A DNA stretch of 64,000 nt from Ptychomitrium polyphyllum (Eukaryota), in NCBI GenBank assembly GCA_973851085.1, contig OZ316775.1, positions 310,001 through 374,000 of the forward strand. Reading direction: 5' to 3'. The notes under the pieces were generated by a model. That model saw nothing but the letters and a program-made list of their open reading frames with translations, ran no database searches and was not told the origin of the DNA. The translations under genes and the position numbers were made by a program. Numbering within the stretch: the stretch's first letter is position 1; each line of letters begins with the position of its first letter. Shown here piece after piece: positions 50,812 to 64,000 of this stretch.

Positions 50812-51639
50812 GGCGTATTCTTCGAATTAGCTCAGCACATTTCATCAACACACCTTCTGGTCCACGAGGTGCCTAAGAATGCGGAGTTCCAGGATTTATG
50901 CACTAGTGAACATCGCCAGGTTTCCTCATCCTAAGGGACTTCAGTGTAGACGCTGTTACTTAATTATCGATGGATAATAGGCAAGGGCTTCAATAAACAA
51001 AGCACGCAGCTTGAAGCAGGATTGTTGATCGCAATGAACTCAATATGCATTTCTTCCACAATACTAGAAGAAAACGGACTGGATGGTATACAAAAACCGT
51101 AAGAGTTGTACTAAAATTTGTTGTGAGGAACCTAACTGTGGAGAACCGTCCTGTCTCTGTGCAACGCGTGGACGATTTGCTCTGTCGTCTTCCACGTCAA
51201 TCTGCCATCTCTTCATGTATTTATGTTGGACCATTTCAGATACCATAGGTTTTATATTTTAAACCGTGGAGTCAGGGTTCATTAATTTCTGATAAAAGAC
51301 ACTTCGAACTTGTTGTCAGCGCAGCCTCGGTAATTTAAATCTTTGAAGGACTGCGACGAAGTATCCAAATCGTCATGGTTTCAAAGTTGGTGATTGTAAA
51401 TTTAAGCGTGACCTATGTATATACCTGTTAACTGCAAATATTTTAGAGGTCCACAGTAGTTTGAATGACCTTTCGGAAAATTTACTTCCTGTTAGACAGT
51501 ATGTTCCATATTGCATAACATTCGCACTATGTTGTTGCCCGGGTAAGATTTATGACATAACATTCCTGCCAACACCACAACTCAGCTATTGACGGTCATA
51601 TTCACCTGAAATTGTCAGATTTTGAATGCAGGTCTGTTC

Positions 51640-52300
51640 ACCTGGTTCCGGAGCGAGCGGGCTCTTCCTTCACCACGGTGCTGCGAAGTAACTTCAGGCT
51701 GGTCATAAATGCTGTTGGACTACGCCTCAGGCCCCGAAGGCATGGGAGGTAGTGAACTTCGTCGCAGAAAGACATTGCTTCACGCTCAAAAAGTGACGGT
51801 ACCTTCTCCGTGAAGGCCTCAATGACATCTCCGCTGGTGTTGTAGCGATACCCATTCTTGGGGATGTATTTACCGAACCGCTTCTCGCATTCCTCTCTCG
51901 AGGCAATGTGGTCGGGCAAGCCAACTGAGCTATTGATGTACCCACCTACATTGAGCCGTACCACCTTGAGAACCCATCCGTATGTTCCTGGATGCGTCCA
52001 TACCTGCCTCTGACTTTGACCTATCTTGCTGCACACACACTGTGGACAGAAAATCGTTGATACATACTCTACCTCAAATCCTGGCCTTATTTGAAGAAGT
52101 TGAGAGCAGGTCTAGGAAAATGAAATGCAACGCCCAAGTCATTGGAAACAGATCTGAAGGTTCAACGATAAGACAGTGCGGGGGCAAAACAGAGAACATG
52201 CTCTCTGAACACCACCACCTCGGTCTCAGAACTGCAGACAACCCTTTGTAGCACATTGATGTTAAGACCAACCCTCCAGCTTCTGCACTCAATGCCGACA
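51640..52300 (-). pseudogene. Frameshifted coding-like remnant, possibly a retrotransposon accessory ORF
   Basis: GC-rich with protein-like stretches in shifting frames (AFHFPRPALNFFK, VKVRGRY, EECEKRFGKYIPKNGYRY). Family not recognised. Confidence 0.25.
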
Positions 52301-52319
52301 ACGATGGGTGAGAACGGTG

Positions 52320-52578
52320 GAGAGGCGGGAGTGACTAGTGGACACCCCAGCCTGAGGCGGATTGCTCCCCGGCTCAAGTTCAAAGTACAAGCGTTTTAAC
52401 TGTAACAACTAAAATTTGCAGTATCGGAGTTGGAATTATTGCGAATGATGGTACCAGACTTGCCTTCTAATGGATCCGTGTTAAGGGGTTTACTGTAGAT
52501 TGTACTTATTCAAATACCAGACTTGTAAAAGCCCAGTATTGTTATTTACTGTCACTACCTCCGGATTGGGTAATTTGC
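52320..52578 (-). rRNA. Degenerate, non-functional 18S rDNA fragment
   Basis: The plus strand follows the reverse complement of the SSU rRNA core: TTTTAACTG(T)AACAACT, GGAG(T)TGGAATTA, TGG(T)ACCAGACTTGCC, GTATTGTTATTTA(C)TGTCACTACCTCC and GGATTGGGTAATTTGCG, with many substitutions and indels. Confidence 0.88.
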
Positions 52579-53447
52579 GGAATGCAATAGCCGTAATTAG
52601 CGAATGTGTTAGAATTGTGAGAGAAAAGCCTAAATTTGGAGAAGCTGAAGTTTGATTATTAGGTACTTACTGATAAAGCTAAAAACACAGATCAGCTTGT
52701 AAGAAAGGCTGTAGACCGTTACATGACACAAGTGAGTGCTTGTCAGGAAGGGAGTTGTACATTTTTGAGCAGCATTGAAGTTCTGATCATCTTTTAGAAT
52801 AGGAAGGTGAGGACTGCGTTTACAGGACATCCATCGTAGATTCACCCAGTTTTTGATACTTTTAGCGAGGACATGAATTGAAGTCAGCGACTGAGTATGA
52901 CTGAGGACTGAGGCAAAGTTTGTGAGTTTGAGCCCCATTTTGACCACTAAAGCTGGCCCCCAAGTGGCGACGATTGCAAATTTGTCGTGGGGGCAGAAAA
53001 TAGATTTTAATATCTTTTCGACGTAACCCGTGGGTCACGTTGGAAAATGATCATGGCAAGGACCCTCTCATATATTTATAGCAACACTATAGGGTGTTGA
53101 CCTGATCGTTAATAACTAACAGACTTGGTCATGAAGATTCTGCGTACAGCAAACATTTTAGTGTTCAATTTGTGTCGCAATGAAAGCGTACTTATTCGCC
53201 GTTTTAGACTCTTACCTAGTACTCAACGATAGTTTGCATTTTCAGTGACAAGCGCCCTCTTGTGGTTGGCGATCAACTCATCATGTATGGGGCTACATTC
53301 ATATTTGTGATGCTTGGCGTAGTTATCTATGTCACAATGTAATAATTTATCTTACAATTTCCACGACTCAAAATCTGCTCGTACCTCAAACTACTGACTG
53401 GGATTGATCTCGAGCAATGTTGCGTGCTCTTAATTGGTGTCTACTTT

Positions 53448-54202
53448 TTAATTGTGCCTGCAGACTGATGGGTCGTGTTTGCTATTAGCACAAGGTGGTG
53501 TATAATCTTCCACTTCGACGGAATCCGCTTCGAAGCTTGCCTCCTCCGACAACTGCCTATTCTCCAAGTATAAACGATGCTGCAACGGCGGCTGCTGACT
53601 TTCTTGTGCCGCAGAATCCTTCACAAGAATTTAACACAAGATGAGATTACAAAATCTTAATCTCTGTTCATGTCTACAATGTCTCCAACTATCCAATACA
53701 GTTTCTAATCTGCATGAGTGCACATTAGAGAATTCTTTGGGCTAGTCATCTGACCAATTGAGGACGCTACTACAGTTAGTCAACCAGTTCAATCGCTTTT
53801 AACGCAAGCTTCATCACCTTTATGAAATAATAAGGAGCGAGCACGAACGTACCATTTTCCCCCGAAGATAATAATCTGTCTGAGAACCTGCGAATACCAA
53901 AAGCCAGACGAACTAAATAAGGCTTCTGCTGCAATTTCAGCAAGGATGAATACCTTGCTAACTCTAGTCATTGCATGCATAGACCCACATGTACGAGAGA
54001 GAGGGAAGCAATCTCTAGCAGGTGCTAGGCTTTAAAACATTACTTGAAGGTTACAGTAAGTACCTGGAATTCTTGTTGCAGAAGCGTGACGATCAACTGC
54101 AGACACAGGCATGAATTGCAGCAACGGAGTGGCAATGATGAGCAGGGTGATGAATCGGCAACCCAGAAGGAAGCTGATATTAAATCCTTGCAGACGAACC
54201 AT
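53448..54202 (-). CDS. PSY: PSY-family (PLANT PEPTIDE CONTAINING SULFATED TYROSINE) secreted peptide precursor, 3 exons, 114 aa
   Basis: Exons 54202-54064, 53887-53853 and 53618-53448 (GT-AG, 345 nt). Hydrophobic signal peptide (FLLGCRFITLLIIATPLLQFMPVSA) and C-terminal VEDYTPPCANSKHDPSVCRHN*, matching the PSY1 pattern DYGDPSANPKHDP. Confidence 0.85.
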
Positions 54203-54354
54203 TGGAAAGGATCGCAGAGCCCCAGCAGCACTTCTTAGCGAACTGGTACTGCGACCACAGACTACCAACAAATCAAATCTTCCTAATTCGATCAGGTGCA
54301 GCTTCATCTGTACTCAGAGACCTGTTCTTAAATCTTGGAATTCCCTGCATTCCA

Positions 54355-54368
54355 TCCCCCTATATAGC
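54355..54368 (-). promoter_or_regulatory. Candidate TATA box of the PSY-like gene
   Basis: Minus-strand GCTATATAGGGG ~160 bp upstream of the ATG, followed by a plausible short 5' UTR intron (~54321-54250). Confidence 0.4.
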
Positions 54369-57300
54369 TTCATGTGGTGCTGATCATGAGGTGCCTGCAG
54401 CAGCCGACAGGGCTATTTGCGTACAGTATGCGGTGGATCTCGTCTTCCGTGACTCTCCACCAACTATAGTTTGAAAGGATGAAGTTAGTACTGGAGCTTC
54501 ATCCTCGATCACCAACAATTCCTGCTGCGAAGCAACCAAATATTCTGCTCGAGTCCCATCTGGCCTTTTTCCACTGTATCATGACGGCCATATCTGTGAT
54601 CTGGTGAAAGAGGCCACAATTGATCCCAAATATATTGTTATCGAGTTAATCACCAGCATTATTTCATGTCTACAAATAACATGGAGAGTATAATGCATGC
54701 CATAACGGGGCCAGAGGCTTCTATAACATCTGTCCTCTTGCTTCTCTTTAACGCTAAGAGGACAGACCAGGCCCATGTTCTAAGTGTGTTGTGCAACCAG
54801 CCAGCAAAATGTGTTGGAATCCACCATATTTGCATTGAGTCATACCATATTTTCTTGAATTGGTCAAGCATTAAATGCATAGAGGTTGAATGTTTCTTAC
54901 TCACATGACTCAAGCATGACATTTATCTAACTTTAATTTTGGCTTAGTCAGGTTTAGAATCTGGCTTGTTTATTTTTCAACGTAGATGTTCCCCACTGAA
55001 ATGATACTGTCAGGTTGAAAGTATGAACCTAGTGTGCAAGTTGGACAATGCCAGCTGAACTAACTTGCAACAATTTGGAAAAGTTGTTGACTGTGAAGCA
55101 AGCAGTTATTCTGTAGGTCACTGATTAGGCACTCCCATCCCTATGCTATGGGAATTAACTTACATCACAAGCATTCTCCTTTTGCACGGACTTTGCCTGA
55201 AGACTTGACAGAGCACCCTCCAGTACCACCACAGAAGGGATCCTCCTTACTTCCTCTGGAGTCTCAATGACTTTGTCCTGTTTCAATGCACCAACCAGTG
55301 CCATGACTGTAACAAACAGATGCTAACTCAGCCATTTAACTTTCAACCTCATTACATTTATTATGTCCACTAGTTAACTCCAAATGGTTGCAATGGACTA
55401 TAAGGGGTGTTGTGTTTAGAAGAGAAGGTTAAATCCTCTGTAGGGAGGGATATAGTGGCACATATAGTGGCATGTTGTCAACCATGGCGGTTGTCGCAGT
55501 GCCACTATGGCAAGTCTGGATGTCCATCTCCACCCCTATTACACTGCAGGTAGCTTTAGCTGCCGTTTTTCCTAATCCTTCCAAAACTTTGTGCAATGTT
55601 TTTCCCCCTCCCCCAAGACATTAGCCATGGATGCCATGCCTAGTTTCTAAATGGGTTCCTTCACCATATTTCTAAATGGGTTCCACCACCATTTCAAGGC
55701 ATGCAACAACCTCGTCTCTTGCCTTTGCCTTGGGGTTAGGATTCTTGTGTCTTGGGGAGTATGTGTGTGTATAAAATGAAGGTTTTCCAAAGTCAAAAGT
55801 AATAGCTTTTGTAATGCAACTCCTATTGCAATGATTTAGGTAGGAGTGACTAGGTGTTAGAATTTCACATTGTTTTTGGCTACTTTGAAGCACTTGTGTG
55901 GGGTCACCATTGAGCCATTTCCATAATCATTGCGATAATGCCGTGCATTCATTATAGCCAAGTGCGGCATCTTATATCCTGGAATCTTGGCTCAAACCAT
56001 TCAAATAGGGTGTTGGGTACACTAATGGAAAAGTCTATGGATTTAGAGGTAAGATTTTCAAACACTTTCTGGCCTTGCAATGCATTGTTTTTTGCATCTT
56101 TGTTAAATGTCCTTGATTTAGAATGCTTACTCAAAATATAGAAGAACAAGAGCAATACAAATTCCTTAATCTCATTTTTGTTTAGAGCTAAAGAGAAGTT
56201 CCTTTAAAAAGCGTTGGTCCATTTTTATTCCAAAATATTCCAAGGTTGAATGCTATTGATTCTTATGTTATTATTCCATCTTGCCAATGTTATCATTATT
56301 ATAGGTAGGACTTCAAGCAAGCAATTATATATTGACTTGCTGTTATAGCTTCCAAAAATGGAGTTACAATTCCAAATTTGTTTTCAGTTTAAGGTGAATA
56401 GGGTTTAGAATTTTAAGCAACTCTTCTCCATATTTCCTTGCTATTTTTTCTTTTTTTTTTGCATTCTAAATAACCACTAGTTTTACAAGCTTATATTTAA
56501 TGTTACTCTCAATTGCTACAATTTAATAAAATTTGAAAATAATTTTAGATACATGAACTATTTCAAGACCAGTCGTCCATGGTGCAAGCTCTGTCAATAT
56601 GCTTACACACTAAAGATGATGACCCTTCAATCCATGACACAGCGGATAAATATTTATCAGCATGTCTTCAATGTCAAGTGCTTTAGCCACAAATGTTTAC
56701 GGAGCTACTGCAAGAATTTGCAACACTAGTGCAAGGGAACGTGTAAACGAAGCTCCAACAAAAGATACTACATTTGCATACATTTTAAGCAAATAGTTTT
56801 ATCAAGAAGGTGTAATTAAATAAACATTGATGCACAAAAAAATGTGAGGCGGCAAGATATTTTGACAATATTTAGGTGTTGTTATTTTTTTCTTTTGACT
56901 CCTCTCCTAGACAAAAAAAGATGGTGGAAGTTTTGGCAAAGGATGCTGCACAAAAGGGTTCCCCGGTAGATGCAAAGAACAATGATAATGAAACAGATGG
57001 TGAAATCAAAGGAGACAATTACGCCGACAGACCTACACTAGAACTTGGTCAAAAAAAGGTGCAATGTTAAATTAGTGCCACTCTTTGTGGACTTGCATCC
57101 CTGCCAAAAACCACCACTACTATTCTAAAAGAGAAGCCTACAAAGAAAAGTCATACTATGGCAAAAGAAAAGATTTCCTTACAGCCCCCTCTCTTCTCTC
57201 AAAAAACCTACAATAGTTGCAAATAGCCCGTACCAAACAAGAGGTAGAACTCAAATTATACCTACGTTGTGTGTCATGGCAAAGATAAAAGATATGGAGA

Positions 57301-58698
57301 AGGGATAGTTGCCTTTTAGGAAGAAAGAAGACGTATTGAAGCCATCACGCATGGTGGAAGATTCATGTCTAACAAGACCACAATGTTACGGGCTTTTTTT
57401 TCAAGATTCAACTTTGCAAAGGCATTGTGACATTAACGCAGCCAGAGCTCAATTGTTAGCAACACTACCTATACAACAATCTATGGACGTATAGATGCAA
57501 TCTGTTATGAACTTATGACACCTAGGTGCATTTAAACAACTACCATTAATTGACCATTGCAAGGACAAATGGAATAATTGAAAGGCAAAGGTGACAAATT
57601 GCAACATTATCATGTAGCTCTGTATCAAACACAAAGGTTGCTGAGAAAGAAGTAGCAGTGGAATCACTAATGAGCTCGTGCCAATTAAGTGCAAGCCAAA
57701 GTATGAAACTAAAGCAATTCATTTTTAGTTGTCCAACTAGGTTCAATTTGCTAGTACATTGGTTGCTGCTAATTTTATCACTACAAAATAAACTACACCA
57801 TTAGTAAGTTTTTTACTGCTTAATTAACTTGCAATTATTTGTCTTTGAACCTACGCAATATACATACTAATACCAAGTTCTTAGATTGAACAAATGAAGA
57901 CTAATTGTTAAAGGTTGGTTACCAATTGCTACCTTGAATTAATAATTTTTTAAAATTAAGTGCTCAGAAAAAAATACTCGACAATTAGTAATTGAAGTTT
58001 GGCAATCAAGGGTAACTAACAAATATCATTAGAAGACCGTTATGGGCAGTAACTACCAAGTAATCAAAAACTTGGTAGTTCTTTATTATAGAATCCTTAT
58101 CCAGTAATGACCGGCTATATCAATATTATCATTGGTAACTACCAAGTATTTGGAGACTTGATAGTTCTTTATTGGAGAATGTTGATCTAGGAAAAACAAT
58201 CTATACAAATTTATAGTCGATACCACCAAATGGAAAAGACATAGAATTATTAAAGATCAAACCATAAAATACTATAGAATTTGCTAGAATAGAAGAACAT
58301 ACATAAAAAACATTTACACTAAAATGAAACTGAGGAGAGGATCAAAGAATGAAGTTATAACTTGTTTCATAGAAAAAGCAAAATATAACACACCCTCAAT
58401 TTTCTTGGTTGAAGGTTCAAATATTAGATTCAAAATCCTATAAAAGTTGATCTACATTTGTTTGTTTGAACTAATAGATTACTACTATCATCCGGTAGTT
58501 ATCAATAGAAGATGTTTAGTAGTACAAATAGAAGAAGATTGGTAGAGAAAATTTGGTAGCACCAGATATAAAACCTGATAGCCCAGTAATATTATTCTCC
58601 TTCTAAACTAAATTTACTTCTAGAAACATTAAAATTCAACTATTTGAACATCTCTTAAATTTGGAGTTGGCAGAGTGTTTGATGTGTGGAAGAACAAG

Positions 58699-58869
58699 CG
58701 GATTATAGAAGGGAGGTAGGTGTGACAATATGGATGGAAGGAAGAAGAAGAAGTTAGCGACAAATAAATGTAATAGGAAGGTCGGATTATAGAAGGGAGG
58801 TAGGTGTGACAATATGGATGGAAGGAAGAAGAAGAAGTTTGCGACAAATAAATGGAATAGGAAGGTCGG
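58699..58869. repeat. Tandem duplication, 84-bp unit x2
   Basis: CGGATTATAGAAGGGAGGTAGGTGTGAC... starts at 58699 and 58783, with two mismatches seen. Confidence 0.92.
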
Positions 58870-59519
58870 TACCAGTAAGAAGAGAAGGTGTAGGATTCGT
58901 AAGATTGGTGACAATTGGTAGGAGATAAAAAGAAGTAAATAAGGATGAAGTGCTAGGAATATCAAGCAAAGATTGATCAGCACCAAAAATCAAACCATCA
59001 AAATATTTGTCATCCGAGTCATGGATTCTAGGAGAAATAAGAGAAACCATTACTAAATGATTGTTTTCCTACTTCGAGAAGCTCTACTAGTAATGGTGAA
59101 TAATGACGTTCTGGTTGTAAATGGTAGTATAGGCATTTTGGAAGCAGTGGCGGTTTTTTGTAAGTCATTCACGTGCCTTCCTCTACCGGTACTTTGTTTG
59201 ATAATAAAAGACCTTGTTAGCCTTGACCTGCTCTCAATATTAAGCGCATTTGGTAGTGAGTTGCTCAATCTGTTGTTGAAGTTTGGTATCAAGAGAAGGT
59301 TAATTACAAAGATTGGATAGGTCTTTCAGCTTGAAGTCAAGGTTTAAGATTAACTTGATAATGAGCTGCTGCATGTGTATTATGCGCTGGTTGTGGTTTT
59401 GTTCTAATGTTAAGAATTCAATCTAAGTTTTTTGGCAATATAATATACATTCGTAAGTTTTGTAATTCTATAATAGCAGCTAAAGTTGCTTGGTCAGCTA
59501 GTGTTGTAATAAAAGAGCC

Positions 59520-60320
59520 TTGCCGTGAGAAGGCACTAGGCCTTTGGCTGCTACTAATTACTCAACAAAATGACAAGACAGTGTTGTGAATTAAGTTACT
59601 TTAATATAAGAGTCTTTAAAACATATTCTATAAACTTTTGAAGGTTACAAGCGAATTTAAATCATAATTGAGAAACCACTGCCATAATTTGTGGACCCCT
59701 TTTAATTCAACACCTCATAACTCTTTTTCTATTGTGAATTTAAACGTGAATTTTTGTATACATCTTTTTAACCTTGTCAATAACATTTTGACAAAATATC
59801 AACCTTATAGAATTTTCCATTCAACTCCTATGGCCTAAAACGTACAACTCAATCTCTGCTGTATATTATTTATAAAATCCCTCATATCTCTCACTATATA
59901 AGCTTTTTGTTTTTCAAATTTTTACACTATCATCTTGAAATAGTCAAATAATGCTTCTTGAATTTTTTTTTAAAAACCTTTTTTACAAGAAAGTACAAGC
60001 ATTCAAAGCAGCTTCACCTTAAGTTCAAGGTAATTGAATCAACCAAATTTAAACTACTGCCAAAATCACATAACAACTCCAAATGGAGCATATAATAGCA
60101 TTCTAGAAAGCCTACAAATTAAAAAAAAAGATTCAATAAAATTAAATTCAAATTAAAAAGTATACTATGAGATATTGGCCAAAGAAAGACGGCCTTATAT
60201 ACTAAGTTAAAGATGTCAAAATGGGAAAAAGGGAATGGAAGTCAAACTTCCACATCAGTCCTTTATTTTCCCACATCAGCCTCTTACCCTTCCACTTCAG
60301 CCTCTTTTCTACCCACATCA
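59520..60320. repeat. Diverged direct repeat, homologous to ~63040-64000
   Basis: Shared colinear anchors ACTAGGCCT, TGACAAGACA, ACTGCCATAA, CCAAATGGAG, AAAGCCTACAAA, GCCTTATATACTAA and TTCCACATCAG. Confidence 0.8.
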
Positions 60321-63300
60321 TCAAAAGAAACAATCTAAATCTTTTCTTTTCTTTGGTTGAACTTCTAGGTTCAAACTACAAAGGAAGACAAATCTAATTT
60401 CCATAAATTCAAAATAAAAAAATAAAGTAAAATAAAACTAGGAAAAGATTTGAGTTAAACATGATAAGAATAAAGAAATTATTGAAGTAGAATCAAATAC
60501 CAAGTCACAAGTTTGGTTGAATAAATAAGTTTGAATTATTAAACTGATCCGAGTTTTGTTGTTGTCAAATTTATTGATTGAAATGGCAGCTTATGACTTG
60601 ATATGTCAAATTTGTTGATTGAAATGGCGGCTTATGAATTGATATTGCCAGCAAGAAAGGCAGGCATAAAAGCACTACAATCAAACGGTCCTTCTCATCT
60701 TAAGCTAAGATAAGATGCAGTTCTACCTAAGCTAAATAAAATTGTGGTTTCACCATAACCCTTTTTATCTAATTTTCCTTTTTTTTTTCCTAAAACTCTT
60801 TTTTAGATACAATAAACCAAAATTTACAAAATAATAAAAGCTTGCTACATTTTAAATTATGCTACTAATTTCAACACAATAGTGGTCCCACTCATTTGTA
60901 ATGAGTTTAATCTGTAAAACCAATTGCTCAAAACCGGCATGAGCTATGATTATTAGCAATAAGGTTACTAGCTAGTGTTATATAGTCTTTTTAAGGTTTT
61001 GTAAATTATGGTCAACATAGAAGATGTTGTGGATATAGTTGATAGACTGGGATGTAATAGTGGGAAGAAAGGTGGGATTGGATAAGAGGCCATTGATAGG
61101 AGGAGGAAGAAAAAAAAAAGGATTAGCGGAGGTAGAATGTGGAGTAGATGTACAAGGTAGGGTAGAAGTGGGTAGAGTGGTGTACTTGGATACTTGATGA
61201 AAAATATGCAAAGAAGGAGGTCCGGTAGTGAAGTCAACTACTGGTACCTTAGTAGGAAGAAAATGAGGGTGGAAAGAGTGAGAAATAAGTGTAGGAATAG
61301 AGACTAGAGAAAGAAGTGGAGAACTACATAGAATAAAGGAAGTAGTGTGGGTTGAGGCGGTTGGAGTTGATACATGGGATGATCGAAGGTTTTGGCGCCT
61401 CCAATATATCTGTACTAAGTTCTTAAGGGACACTTGAGCGCATTTGGTATTGGATGTAGGTGTGGTTTGGAACCAAGTTTGCATTCTAGATGGTCCTGCA
61501 CCAGTAGGGGTGGTAATTGGTGTTTTTGGAGGTTGAAAATATGACTTGGTAGAAGTTATATTGTTCAAAGAAACGGACTGAGATGTAGGATGTATCAAAA
61601 AGGAGAAGAGATTGTGCCAAATCTCTGTGGTAGTGCAAAATGCTATTGTGCCATTTTGAATTTCTATAAGCTTGGTTGCAAGATTATTATATACAATAGT
61701 GAGCCAAGCTCACTGGTTGGATTTGGTAGCAAGCTCGTTTTATACCAATAGAAATTGAACATTTCTATCCAACATATAAGTTATCATCTTTTGAAAAATC
61801 ATACCTTGGCAAATATTGCTTTTGAGCAAACTAAATAATTGAGTCTTTGTTGGACTTCTTAACCTTCTTTTGCTCCAGGTGAAAATTTTGTAATTTCTAA
61901 GAAACGGCCATAAGCTACTGATGAAGGAACAGTATTTATTAATTTTTCTTTGAGATGAACCACATTTTGGATCATTCTTGTTGTTATAAGGATTTGTTGA
62001 TAAAATTTGGTTCTGAGGAAATTATTAAGGAATCAATAAATATTGTCCTTTTTGGACTGTGGTGTTCAAAAATTTCATAACAGAATCAGCATGATGTGGA
62101 GGTCAATTCTACAAAAGCTAGACATACTTTAAAAAGTCTTATACTATGGGGAAACTTAAATTTGGTAACAATATTGCTAGCATAGATTGTCCAAGCCTGT
62201 AAGTGGTTCATAGGTGTCAAGTCACCACACTCCGCCTATCGGACAATCTAAGGCGTAAATACAAACTAGTATAGACTTCTGCTTGGCAGCACCCATAGAT
62301 AAAGGCAAAAAAGAGAAGAGGAGCTTTAAGCGGCGGGAAGAATGAAAACTTCATTTTTTTCTCTTTTCTTCTTTTTAAGTTGTGAAAGGAAAACTTAAAG
62401 AAAAGATGAATTTAAAGGGAAGAAAACTTAAAGAGAAGAAAAAAAGAGCTTAAAGAGAAGAAAAGAAAATGAAAAGGCCGAGAAAAAAAATAAAAAATGC
62501 AAGAACGATAGAATTAGAATGGCGGCGGAGAAAATGAGTAATGGTTTGGATGTGCAATAGTTATAATGGCCAAGCTAAACTATCATGATTGATACTGGGA
62601 CTTAGCATACACTATCATCATTAGGAACAACAGCTTGAATGACAGATTTAGATGGACCAAGAGCTATGGGTAGGTGGATTTGAGAGTCTTCAATGTAGCA
62701 ATAGAAGTTGAATTTATTAAAATCTACACAGACAAAATCAAAATTAAAGTAGTCATTGGCTACTAGTAGAACTATATTAATTGATAGCGGATACTAAATG
62801 TTGTAGGAACCATACCATTTGTTTTTGAGTTTGCCAATATGAAAATTAATTCTTTTTAGATACCAAAGAACATAATCACTAAGGTTCAAAGTAATATTCT
62901 TACCTCAAGCCATGGTAAGTTGAGCTGAATTCCATTGTGACATTCTTTGGTGGTCTTGGGCGTGTAGACAATTTTTGTCCAATTTCTCTAAATTGGTAAT
63001 TCACGCAATAAGAATACGGTGTCGTGAAAAAAGAACCTTCCTTTGAGAAAGTACTAGGCCTCTAGCAGCTATTAAGCATTCAACAAGTTTGACAAGACAA
63101 TATTTATCTATTTGTTTAAATGAAAAAGTTCTTTGATCATGCTTTTTAAGTTTTATAAAGATCACAATCCAAATCCAAACGATAATTACATACTGCCATA
63201 AAAATCCCGCTTACAATTTTACTCATATTTCCTATTTTAAGAGTTTAATGAATCTGATATTTTGACTCTATGTTTTTAAAATTTATATTCAACTATGGTA

Positions 63301-64000
63301 AAAATTTCATAGCCCAAGCTGCTATAATTAGTGAAAACCATGCTTTTAAAGTTCTTACTCTCTATTTTCCACAGTTCATGGATTTCTTCTACTTCACCAC
63401 TTCATAACTTTTATTTTATTTTAGTTATAGACTTAAAAATTTATAAATACATTATCCATCTTACAATGAATACTTTGCTAAAATTTCAATTTCAAAAATT
63501 CCTTTAGTCTTCTCTTATGGCCCAAAATATACAACCCCAATTCTATTGTATACAACTCACAAAGTCCCAACTACAATTTTCCTTGTATCTTCCACTATAC
63601 AAGCCTTTTTTTCCAAATTTTTACAATATCATTTTTAAATAGTTAAAATAATACCTTCCAAATTTCATTACCAAATTCTAAATATACAAAAAATCATAAG
63701 CACAAAAAGTAGCTACTTCCCAAAATTCAAGCAATTGACTCAACTTCATTCAAACTAAAGCCTTGGTCACATACTAACTTCAAATGGAGTATATGATAGC
63801 ATTCCAAAAAGCCTACAAAAAAAAATAAAAAATCCAATAAAATTCAACTCAAACTAAGAAATACACAATAGAGTATCGGCTAGAGAAGGACAGCCTTATA
63901 TACTAAATTGAAGATGTTAAAAAGGAAAAAGAAGAATAGAAGTCAAATTTCCACATCAGCCCCTTATCTTTCCACATCAGCTCCTTCTCCTCTTACCTCA

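Larger units (their letters stand above)
57800..64000 (-). mobile_element. Heavily decayed repeat region, probably Gypsy (Tat/Athila-like) remnants
   Basis: Stop-riddled coiled-coil and Pro/Ser/Thr-rich frames on the minus strand; RITNLEKLDKNCLHAQDHQRMSQWN (~62930-63010) resembles a Gypsy integrase C-terminus; internal diverged duplication. Family not established. Confidence 0.35.

Noticed and set aside
60248..60320. Repeated TCCCACATCAG resembling the plant snRNA USE promoter element (also ~63950 and GTCCCACATG at ~3566)
   Set aside because: No correctly spaced TATA or recognisable snRNA follows, and the 60 kb and 64 kb copies sit inside a decayed repeat.
55900..64000. Possible giant-virus (NCLDV)-derived insertion, as reported for moss genomes
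   Set aside because: No viral hallmark motif recognised; decayed transposon origin is simpler. A translated HMM search would settle it.

Overview
Eukaryotic plant DNA, most likely a moss such as Physcomitrium patens (inferred from the Tcn1/RLG1-type chromoviruses, gene style and AT-rich spacers). There are three intact minus-strand genes: an intronless CAMTA transcription factor (5291-8767), a 12-exon CLD1-like alpha/beta hydrolase with an HMA-like N-terminal module (45078-48725), and a 3-exon PSY-type sulfated-peptide precursor that the ORF track misses (53448-54202). A deleted pseudogene copy of the hydrolase lies just downstream of CAMTA, and the two loci share a 598-bp block with no mismatch seen by eye, exactly 40,400 bp apart. 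Between them is a ~29-kb nest of LTR retrotransposons: five Gypsy chromovirus copies from two families, one Copia and one solo LTR. Target-site duplications (TSDs) resolve the nesting order and reveal an internal inversion. The chromoviruses show covarying Tf1-like self-priming signals, a PEG10-like -1 frameshift cassette, heat-shock-element arrays and a possible extra ORF after pol. A degenerate 18S rDNA fragment and decayed repeats fill the right end. All alignments were done by eye, with no database searches.
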